64,000 bases of DNA from Ylistrum balloti. Taxonomy: Eukaryota. Where the stretch lies: NCBI RefSeq assembly GCF_031769215.1, contig NW_026782276.1:1-64000 (forward strand). Reading direction: 5' to 3'. Every line of letters starts with the position of its first letter. Within the stretch, counting starts at the first letter, position 1. The translations under genes were made by a program, and so were the position numbers. The notes under the pieces are model-generated. The model did no database searches. It was given only the letters and a program-made list of their open reading frames with translations, and had not been told where the DNA came from. Below, piece by piece: positions 12,001-22,831 of this stretch.

Positions 12001-15000
12001 ACACACAACAATCTATTATGTTTATATTATCTAAATACACCAGAAATCAATAGGAAGTATGAAATTATAATGATATAGCAGAAACACACCACAAAACAAG
12101 TGTACTACATGTATCAACAATAGTTACGCATGATTGGAGCGCACCGACACCTCGATTGCTTGACCCGATAGATTTGACGGCATGGATAAAATAATGCCAA
12201 AAAAAAACATATGGAAACGGAAGAAAGAAACAGAACGTACCACAGTCTGTCGTCTGTGCCTTGTTCACAATATCGGAAACAGCTATATTTACATATCGGC
12301 TACACGAACTCACAAAACTGTGGACCGTAAACAAGTGTCCATTCCGTGCACAACCGGTCAAGCCCGTGACGTATATCCGCCCAGTGGTGCGGACAATTAA
12401 GAGTCCTTACACCGCAAAACAAACTCAAATTAAAACTTACCATTTATAGACAAACTATACATGCTTACGTGACAGTTTCCCCCCTGCTTTCGAAGAAAGT
12501 GGATACACTTTCTCATACTCACGGAACATGTATTCCTAGAGTCTGCTCAAATAGTCCGCTCCAACGTTGTCGGAACCCTTGATGGCACGAATCCTCAATC
12601 TGTATGGCTGTAGGAGTAACGCCCATCTCATAAGTCTGGCATTCGCAGTTTTTGATCTGTGCAAGTAAGTTAATGGGTGATGGTCCGTCTCAAGGATAAA
12701 CTCTTTCCCATAGATGTAAGGTTCAAACTTCTGGACTGCCCAGACAATTGCCAAACATTCCTTTTCTATAATTGCGTAGTTCTTTTCCCTGGCAAATAAC
12801 TTCCTGCTGGCGTAGGCGACAGGCATTTTCTGTCCGTTTTCTTCCTGCAGCAGCACAGCACCCAAGCCAGTATCCGATGCGTCTGTTCGAAGAATGAACT
12901 GTTGCTCCAAATTTGGAAGTCTGAGCACCGGTTTAGCTGTTAGCATGTTCTTGAGAGTAGAGAATGCCTTATCGTGCACTTCGCTCCAAAGAACTTTATT
13001 TGGACATCCCTTCTTCGTCAGATCAGTCAAGGGGGCGGCAACTGCTGCGAAATTAGGAATGAAACGCCGATAGAATCCGGCCAACCCCAAAAAAGAGCGA
13101 ACTTGTTTCTTTGTCTCTGGTCTCTCTGCGTTTTTGATGGCCGTCACTTTCGACTCTTCCAATTCCAATTTTCCATCACCAACAATGTGACCCAAACAAG
13201 TCAAACTGGAAAATCCAATCGAGCATTTTGTTGGTCTTGCTGTTAGCACTGCTGCTCGAAGCCTTGCAAAAAGATCGCGAAGTACTTCCATATGTTCTTC
13301 CCAGGTGTCTGTGTAAATCAATATGTCGTCGATGAAGTTATCGATGTGTTCCATACCAACTAAAAGTTTCCTCATCAGCCTACTAAATGTTGCCGGGGCA
13401 TTTACTAAGCCAAACGGCATTACCTTAAACTGGAAAAGGCCTTGTGGAGTTGAAAAGGCTGTCATCTCTTTTGCGTCTTCCGAGAGCGGCACCTGCCAAT
13501 AGCCTTTACAGAGATCCAGTTTGGAGAAGTATCTTGCACCCGCTACCCGAGAGAAAATATCATCTGTGTTTTGGCATCGGCTCGGTATCAAATACCGTGA
13601 CTCGATTTAGTCTCCTGAAATCAATGCAAAAACGATTCGTCCCCTCCTTTTTCTTGACCATTACAACAGGAGCCGAGTATGGGGATGATGATAGCTCGAT
13701 AACGTCCATATCCAACATCTTCTGCACCTCTTTTTTGATCACCTCCTTGGTAATATAAGGCAAGGGGTATTGTTTCACATGAACGGGAGCATCGGTAGTA
13801 GTCCTGATTTCATGTTGGGCGAGATTTGTCCGGCCTGGAAGATCAGTTAGCACATCTGTATAACTGTCCATGAGCTCCTTCGCTTCATCTGCTTGTGCAT
13901 TGTTCAGGCCTCCAGAGATTTCAACATCTTCAACATGTTCCTTTCCCCTATCACTAGGAAGGGACTCCAGTCTGCTGGGAAAATCCGCGTCCCCCTGAAT
14001 CTCCTCACCATCAGCAACAACACTTGCTATGGTGTTTGCAAGAATTCCCTCAGTATCTTCCGCAACATTGTCCACTGGCTTCATGTACTTTTTCAACAGG
14101 TTAATATGTAGAGTCTTGATTTTACCGTCCCTGTTCACACGATAGTCGAACGGTCCGACTTTCTCTACAACGTCGTATGGGCCACGCCATTGCATCAGCA
14201 ACTTGTTAGCTTTTGTTGGCAGAAGCACTAACACTTTGTCGCCTGGTCGTAGCTCCCGTGACTTGGCTCTCCTGTTGAAGTTCCTTCTCTGAACTCGCTT
14301 GGCATCCTTCAAGTGATCCATTGCAACTTGGCATGTCTCCTCCATCCGTTCCCTCAAATCCATTACATACTGATAAGTCGTTTTGACGTCGTCATCTGGA
14401 ATCTCTTTCGTTAGCAGTTCTTTCAGAATCATCATCGGTCCACGTATCGCTCTGCCGTACAATAGTTCAAAGGGTGAAAACCCCAAGCTTTCTTGCGGCA
14501 CCTCCCTATAAGCGAACAAGAGGGCATTGATGTATCTATCCCAGTCCTTGGGTTTCTCAGCGGCCATTTTCCTTAGCATCTGTTTCAGTGTACCATTGAA
14601 ACGCTCAACTAACCCGTTGCATTGAGGATGATATGGCGTTGTCGTTAGTTGGCGGATCGACAATAGTCTGCTCACTTCCTTCATTAATCCAGAGGTAAAC
14701 TGGGCCCCTTGATCGGACAACATCTCACTGGGTACTCCAACACGGCTGAAGATATCAACCAGTGCCTCTGCAACGCGCTCAGTCTCAATGCTTCTAAGTG
14801 CTACTGCCTCCGGATATCTAGTCGCGAAATCCACTACTGTCAGTATAAACCGGTTGCCACGGTCTGTTGCAGGTTCGAGAGGACCAACTAAATCCACCGC
14901 TATCCTCTTGAAAGGCGTATCGATCAATGGCATACTGCCGAGTGGCGCTTTCGGTACTCGGCCTTTAGGGAAGGTACGTTGGCACACATCACACGAACGA

Positions 15001-18000
15001 CAGAACCGAGTCACATCGCCCTGCAGACCAGGCCAAAAAAACTCTGCAAGAATCCTGTTAGTCGTTCGTTTTGCTGCCAGATGTCCCGACATAATCGACT
15101 CGTGAGCTAGTTTCATTATCATCTGTCGATACTTCGTTGGTACGACTAATTGTCTAAACACCTTTCCAGTTGCAATCCCAGGGCTTCTGAACTCTCGATA
15201 TATTAATGTGGTAAAACAGGGAAGACTTACCCCCATCATCGCGTTCATACGTATCCGATTCCTTTGCCAACTTACGGAACTTCTCCAGGGTACCAACGCT
15301 TTGCTGTTCCTCCTTCAACTCCTTCACACTACCTAAACTCGTCATAAACTCCGGTACCTGCAACGGCTTAGCTTTCCTCTTGACCTCCGCTCTCGTCTGA
15401 ACCGCATTTAACGAATCAAGCTGCCACTTCTCATCTGGTTGTCCTACCGGAAGGGCATCCTTAACATTTCCAATAATCACATCGTACAAGGGTGACTCTA
15501 ACAAGAAGGCTTCAGTATCTCCGTTAAAATATGGCGTGTTGATCTGTACGTTGGCGATTTGGCATACAAGACGAGAACCATCAGCTAAAATGTAAGTCTT
15601 GGTCTTGTCGGTGATATTCTCAGGTTCAACGAGACTACGTCTCACTCCTACCTCATCACAACCCGAATCCCGAAGAACGGTGACAACTTTACCGCCCACA
15701 CGTCCCAACACCACCGGCATGGAAGTTGTCTCCTTTGTATTGTAGGCGAAACTCATCTTCGGTATGGTGTTGGCGCCACTCGTGTTCCCTTTATCTTTTA
15801 CCATAGAGGCTGCCTGACCTTCTTTCATCTTTTCAGATTTCTTCTTCCGGCAATCTGAAGCAATATGTCCAACCTTTTTGCAATAGAAACAAGTCCTCTC
15901 CTTGGGCAAGTCGCTTGAACCAATTGTAGATTTCCCAGGTGCAGAACTTGTTGACGGCGAATGTCCTGAAGCTGTTGCCTTATGACTTCCTGCCTTGGTT
16001 CCCTTAGAAGATATCAAGTTTGCCGCTTTCGTTCTTCTTGCCTCTGCATATTGATCGGCCAGTCTGGACATTGCATCAAGGGACACGGGAATCCGTTCCT
16101 TCAGGAACAACATCAGATCCTGGTTACATACCTGTAAAAACTGATCTCTCAAAAACAAGTCTTTCAAGCCTTCATAGGTCTTGTTAGTGTCGGCTAGTTC
16201 GACCCATCTCTCCAAGTAGTTTTCCAGGCGAATGGAAAACTGTGAAAATGTTTCACTTCCATCGGGTCTTGATGTTCGGAAGCTTTTCCTGAATCCTTCC
16301 CCTGTCATATCAAATCTCCTCAGTAATGCCTTCTTAAGTTCGCATTACCCGTCAAAAGAGCGCTAAGGTTAGCTCCCCATCCATCACGTTCCCAATTCTG
16401 TACCGTTGCGTACCGTTCGAAGCGCTGGATGTAAGCATCGATGTTGTCCTTTTCTTCATTGAAGGCAGGTAACTTGGAACCCTTCTTTATTGTATCTCTA
16501 GGATTGGTCTCCCTCCGACGTCCCGATTTGTCCCATTCAGATTGATACTCCTGTTCTGCACGAATTAATTCCATTTTGCGTTTATGTTCTTCTTCTGCTC
16601 TCCTGTCAGCCCGAGCCTCTCTCTCCTCGTCCATTTGCTTTTGCATCTTTTTCTCTTCCCTTTCTCTTTCACGGTCATCTCTTTCCTTGGCTTGCTGCTC
16701 TTGAATGAACAATCGTAGTTGGTCGCCTTCAAGTTGAAGTCGCTTACCTGCTTCCAAAATTGCTGAAAGAGAGGACATTTTCAAAACAACTAAATCACTA
16801 GACTGCAAGAGATAACCAACACATACAATATTCAATACAACCAGGCATAAGAACTTACCGGAAGTCATGCGTCATCCTTGCTCAGGCCAATTAACTCACC
16901 TCAGAGTTCCTGTATAGAGTCCCCAAATGCCCACGTTAAGAAGAAAATGAAAGTAAAGGAAATTTGGCGGGAATCTGTCAAACAATCTAGACTTTGAAAC
17001 CAATCAAACAGGATTCTATTCCCGAACAACTAACTTTGGCTAATCCCACCGCTGCCACCAAGTTGTTAACGTGGAACGAGCGTCGGTCAGCGATCCGGGA
17101 AATGAACACCGAAAAGATTGATTGCAATGACAAATGTTTATTTACAATGATGACAATAAAGAGATTTAAAAAAAAAAAACCTATAATACCCACACGTCAC
17201 ACTCACTAATTCACTCATTCACAAACACAATTATTACAAGTTACAGTCTGTAGCTACACACACAACGACGAATGGGATCCTGGTACAGTTCCGGTGCAAG
17301 ACAGTCGCTAACCTGCTACCACGCTCAATCCAGAGCCAAGAGGTATAAACACATCAAGCAGCACCATGCTTGCTTGAAACGCCCAAAATGGCAAACTCAC
17401 TAGTGTCCAAGACACGACAGGAAAGCTGGGATGTACACACTAGTGTCCTTGACACGACAGCCATCCCAATAGTAGATATACTGTGACTCAGCCTCCAAGC
17501 AAGTCGCTGACCCTGGCCTACGTAACGACCCAACACATGTATTCCATGCTGACCTTGACCCTGGTGAAGAGAACTTATCCGGTCGGTCCTGACGCTGGAG
17601 TCACAATGAGTTGGCACAGCTGACTGGTCCTGGCTTGATAGCTGAGACTCCTAGTCCGTCATGTGAAGCTACAATAATACATAGTGGAAAATAATGCTGT
17701 AGTCACACAGATTCACTCTCACCTGGCATACTAATTAACTAATAATTGATTATCAATAATATAAATATTCATTAATATATTGTAAATATACGTAAATCAA
17801 TATAATAAAGATAAAGGGATAAGTGTGCGGCTCCAAATGGCTATAAAAACACGACTAAGCACAATTCATAGAAGGTGGCGTCTCACGGCTTCCATAATTT
17901 TTTACCCAGTGCGCGTACACACTCCAACTAACGCTATAGCTCTAGCTCAGAGCTTCCATAGAATTTTAAAACGGACAAGAACCCTATATTTATTAAATAA

Positions 18001-20941
18001 TTTTACACACAACAATCTATTATGTTTATATTATCTAAATACACCAGAAATCAATAGGAAGTATGAAATTATAATGATATAGCAGAAACACACTACAAAA
18101 CAAGTGTACTACATGTATCAACAATAGTTAGGCATGATTGGAGCGCACCGACACCTCGATTGCTTGACCCGATAGATTTGACGGCATGGATAAAATAATG
18201 CCAAAAAAACATATGGAAACGGAAGAAAGAAACATAACTTACCACAGTCTGTCGTCTGTGCCTTGTTCACAATATCGGAAACAGCTATATTTACATATCG
18301 GCTACACGAACTCACAAAACTGTGGACCGTAAACAAGTGTCCATTCCGTGCACAACCGGTCAAGCCCGTGACGTATATCCGCCCAGTGGTGCGGACAATT
18401 AAGAGTCCTTACACCGCAAAACAAACTCAAATTAAAACTTACCATTTATAGACAAACTATACATGCTTACGTGACATATATCGCACAATAAGAAAGAGTA
18501 ATTCTTAATGTCATCACAATGACGGCTGTAAAACTTTCCAGGAATATTTCTCGAAACCCTGTGTTGTAAGTTTGTCAGTTGACGACATCATGCACAAAAG
18601 AGGGATATTACGAACATGCCTCAAATACCGGATCAAATGCGACATGGCATAGTTTGGGGATGCTGCTATGTTGCTCTTCCGGAGTTTACAATGGCGTTTA
18701 ATTCCGTGTGGTAGAAATTAAGCGATGTCTAGTTAGGATTTTCTGTCTTTTCTACATACGGAGAGTCAATCAGACATTATTTTCTTCAATATTTTGCTTA
18801 TCAATCTGTCTGGTTGTGTACATCCAACATCTTCTTCGTAACATATTTGAAATCAGAACAATACAGAGCTATTCGGCTTGAAGAAAAGTGTAACTACAGA
18901 ACCCTTTACATTTCATGAGATAAATGTAAATTAACTAGACCAGGAAATCAAAGTTGAAAGAGAGCACAGATATTGGCTTTGGCGGGAAATGTTCAAATCT
19001 CAAATGAATTCCTCGAGGCCTTTACACAATAAACCTTGTGATATTTTTTGTCTATTTACTTTAAAGTTCCGTATCGTTAGAATTTAAATTTATAGTAAAA
19101 TTTCAATTGAACGCCTTATTTTTATACTGAATCTGTTATATTTTAATAGATGACATGTAATCATGGCCCCCTAACATAGCTGACGATTCCTGGAACAAAA
19201 CAGCTCTATAACGTTTGTGTATTCTTCTGTTGTATTGTTAAAAAACACATTGTTTTTTATGTTCTAAGGTCAACGTTTACTGCTTTTACTTATATGTCAA
19301 AGCTAAAATCTTTAAAGAATTCATATCTTATCTGATTTTGAAAAAAGTGTGCTTACCTCCGAGTAATGAAAAACTGAAGATGGTAAATATCAGATCATCG
19401 ACGAAAGCAGTCAAAGCGAGGCTCAATCCTAAAACTAAACCTCCAGCTATTGAAACAGATCGACATGAGAATTTGTTGATAAGAAAAGCGCTCATCGGAC
19501 CTAAAAATCAACATCAAAGTAATTATGTACCCAACATACCTTCAATCGATCAGTCGCATTGCTTACTACATTGAATAATGTAATACATTTACTTAGAATG
19601 GGTTTTAATGTCGTATCGGTGCATAGCTGAGAAGATCATTCTAGCTATTTGCATATACAGCTCATGTAATATAACCAAAAGGAAAGCATCTGATTTAGTT
19701 TGGTGGTGACGTGAAATCAAACAAAAATATATCAATATGACATACTGCATACAACGTGCTTTAAAGACTGGACAAGAATTTTGTGACGACACCGAACACA
19801 GTTTTGTAGAAATATGATGACTTTAATCCGAAATGGAATTATGATAAACCTGTTTTACCTAATATAGTCCGCAGTACACCTGGAAGTGTACACATCCAAA
19901 GGGTAAGAGCAGTTGATTGATGATACTTCTCTTCAAATTCCAGGTAGAAAACCCCAGAGGACGATTGTAAACCAGCTAAAACACATGACATAATAATTAA
20001 ATATTTAATCGACCGGGAATGGTTTTGAATTTTACATCTTCTCAAACATTGGATCTCAGTATTATGCATCTGTTTAAACTAGATCAGCCATCAGATTTAT
20101 ATAAACAAAATTAAAGTATACAATGTATGGTTTAATGATTACAAGTTGTACCTGGTGTTTTATCCGTTATATTACAATATATCACGGCAAGTATATGTCA
20201 TTACATGAATCACACATACATGATTACCTGTACAACAGTTATAAGTGAAAATGTAGACATATTCATTATGCATTGTGTATCCTGCCATTTTATACAATTT
20301 GCTATATAAGCATGTAGGTACATTTCACTTTCTCAATAGTGTTTTACTCTTTCATATTTAGTAACACTGTGTCATGTCTTGACGGTGTTCATTCTTAAAA
20401 TTTGTTTCATCTTAAACTTCTGATCTGTGATGCTTTGCACTATAACTGTGATATTTTTCACTATTATCTTCTGTTGTCTTTGGTCTTAAGCTATGTTTGT
20501 ATGACTATGCTTCTTTGTTTTTATATAATTTGTTTGTTGAACTAATCTGGTCTTGTATCACAAATATCCTGATTTTACCGAAATGCGATCAAATACTTAA
20601 TCTAATTATTTTCATCTCGGTATGATAAACTGTGGAAAGTGAAAATTCCGCGTGGTTATTTAATGTCGATGGTTTGTTTCAAGTATAATTCAGTGTCATA
20701 TCTTCTGGTGTGTTGAATTGATATACCCTTTTGATTGTCTGTTACGTTCTACAAAATTTCCATGACGTTTGTTGTTTAGATCCGAAAGTTAATAGAAAAC
20801 AAATGAAGTACTCACATAATATCCCACGGGCCAAAAAACAACCGATGACGATTATCCAGCCCCAGCCACCATCAGGAGGAGACAATACAATCCTTCCTTT
20901 GTTATGCTGCAATGTTTTTGTTTCGAGGAGGCGTTATCCAT
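9040..20941 (-). CDS. SLC16/monocarboxylate-transporter-family MFS protein. Exons 20941-20816, 19975-19859, 19500-19357, 10743-10494, 10010-9430, 9188-9040. Exon 1 has an apparent 1-bp frameshift.
   Basis: PPDGGWGW signature, GPMSAFLINKFSCRSV, QYFSKRRGLANA, LFRP, GIGRIFSG, LLFFQGVG..GPIIAG. Canonical GT-AG sites with compatible phases. The exon-4 donor (GTACCT) is weak and less certain. Confidence 0.85.
11202..12474 (-). repeat. 3' LTR (1273 bp)
   Basis: Direct repeat of 17064-18476 lacking ~140 bp. On the element strand it starts TGTCACGT and ends ACGTTAACA. Confidence 0.95.
12475..12491 (-). promoter_or_regulatory. Polypurine tract
   Basis: GAAAGCAGGGGGGAAAC immediately precedes the 3' LTR on the element strand. 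Confidence 0.8.
12536..15296 (-). pseudogene. pol: Pol: integrase followed by RT and RNase H; frameshifts near 15200 and 13570
   Basis: HESIMSGH...CRSCDVC (HHCC), VDLVGP/SDQG/LVERFN (DDE), FCIDFRRLN, FGLVNAPATF, FIDDILIY, RTDASDTG, EKECLA, ADYLSR. Confidence 0.92.
15154..16868 (-). pseudogene. gag: Gag (coiled coil, SCAN-like capsid domain, CCHC knuckle) plus aspartic protease, split by a deletion/frameshift near 16340
   Basis: KLPAFNEEKDNIDAYIQRFE, ETFSQF..RL..YLERW..DQFL..FLKER (SCAN-like), CFYCKKVGHIASDC, LRDSGC. Confidence 0.85.
17042..17060 (-). promoter_or_regulatory. Primer-binding site complementary to the tRNA-Leu 3' end
   Basis: TGGTGGCAGCGGTGGGATT lies 3 nt from the LTR. Its complement AATCCCACCGCTGCCACCA is the 3' end of metazoan tRNA-Leu(AAG/TAG) plus CCA. 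Confidence 0.85.
17064..18476 (-). repeat. 5' LTR (1413 bp)
   Basis: Same termini as the 3' LTR, with an extra ~140-bp segment at ~17320-17460. Confidence 0.95.
18560..18720 (+). mobile_element. Possible decayed Tc1 5' end
   Basis: MPQIPDQMRHGIVWG resembles Tc1 N-termini (MPRL...RAIG), but the match is short. Confidence 0.25.
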
Positions 20942-22831
20942 ATTGCTAACGATATTTTCTGTTTGAACTTGAATTTTTCCGCTATTGAAATCTCTATGGC
21001 ACTATGAAAAGAAATGGTGCTCAGTATGCATACATGTTTATCCTCCAATTCATATTAGGTAATGTGTTACAATTTTTCTATTCATTTAACAATTCCACAT
21101 GGATATGATTCAATATAGAATGAATGGAGAATGATTTAAAGTCCTGTCGTTGGGATAAATGTGTTTTAACCAAATCTGCCAAAGGCATGAAATAATGTAC
21201 CCAAATGAGAAAGTAGGCCGATTCTTAGAATATGCAATTACGGGAATGAAAAAGATACAATTCGACTAGAAGGAAAGTATTGAAATTGTATAATGGAACT
21301 CCATAAAAAGTATAACCACCTGTATAATGGAAATCCAAAAAATCGGGGAAAAAAAACAATCATCATATTCCTTACTATATCGGGAATAATTTAAGACTTT
21401 TATATATTAACTGTAACCTTAACAATTTCATGATCATTTTCTTATTAATGATTCTATAATTAAACTATATCCACAATCACAGATCGAAAAAACTTAAATG
21501 TTGTCAGTAGATCTATTTCCTAGATTTTAGATTTTAAAATAAACACGGTAACACATTCGTTTTGACTTATTAAAAGCTTTCATATCCGGTTGATTTGCAA
21601 TTTTGTGAAATCAAACGAAATGCGGCATTTTCACATTATTGTTTTTATTATTCCTGTGTCGTTTTACAAAATCTTGGTGAAAGAGACTTTTTTGTTTTTT
21701 TTTTTTTTTCCAAAACATTTTCAAAATCAGGTCACACCTATGAATCAATAAGAACCTACATGGGCATATCAGGAAGATCCATGAAGTCCTACTAAAGAAA
21801 AGGGATAAACATCCATCAGCTAAATCAGAGATGGTAGTCTGTCAGTCCACTTTTTCTGATCAGTCCAAAATTAACACTAATATGGTGACAATGGAACCTT
21901 TAAATGTATTCTGGAAATGTTCATCAAAAGAAATAGCGATAACGAACTTTCGTTGACTAATCGAGGATGGCAATATGTCACCCATTTTTCTTTTTCTTTC
22001 GTTACAAAATCAAAATGCTCTACTAGGGACTAAGGGAAATCCTCGCATAATAATTTAGCGATGTCTACCCAGTATTTTTCCAGATAATGTCGTGACAATG
22101 ATGATTTTTAAAGATTGGTGACAAAAGGACCACGGACATGGGGGATTTGAACAACTCGCCATCTGACGGTTGGATAAAAATTTAACTGTTCAAAATACCA
22201 TATATCCTTAGTTCGGAAGACAGTGACGTTTGCTATTTGATTTCAAGTTCTACTTCCAGCAACTCCATTTAAAAATATCAATCTGGTATAGAAAACATAA
22301 TATGATAAAAAAATATCCAATTTATTCAAATGCGAAGGCTGCAACTCTGCAGAAGTAGAATAATAATTCTTCTTGAAAGATGGGATAATGATATCAATAT
22401 CAATATCATATTCAAAAGTGTGTTGTCTATGAAAAAAGTCAATAAAGGTGAACTAAGTACTTCATAAAAGTACAGATTACGAAATAAAATGAAATGATCA
22501 TGTTATTCGCACCGCATAATTGTCGTCAAAAAAACAAGTATCAGAAATATTACATCTGCGAAAAATGTTTAAAGCATCTATAATTGAAAACTCTATTAAT
22601 AAGATGTTGAAAATATAGTTTGTAATGGATCATTATTGCAAGAAATAACCGATCAAGGCCACATCAGCTGATGTGCAAAAATGTTAGATCATGTTGTCAA
22701 GTCAAATTAGCTGATGTGAAAGTTATAAAAAAAAAAAAAAAAAAAAAGATACCAATTCTTTACCTCTGATATGTGCTACAATGTATCTAATATTACTTCA
22801 TTGTAGAAAAGGTTTCCCCAACTACTTCATA

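Larger units (their letters stand above)
11202..18476 (-). mobile_element. Structurally complete Gmr1-like Ty3/Gypsy LTR retrotransposon in MCT intron 3
   Basis: Two near-identical TG...CA LTRs, TATAT target-site duplication (11197-11201 and 18477-18481), PBS, PPT, and gag-PR-IN-RT-RH coding regions. Confidence 0.95.

Noticed and set aside
11410-18451. Short ORFs in the LTRs and antisense to gag/pol
   Set aside because: They are duplicated only because the LTRs are, or are shadows of the coding strand. No recognisable domains.
21720-21795. HTH-like peptide KSGHTYESIRTYMGISGRSMK
   Set aside because: Too short, with no continuing frame or associated catalytic domain.
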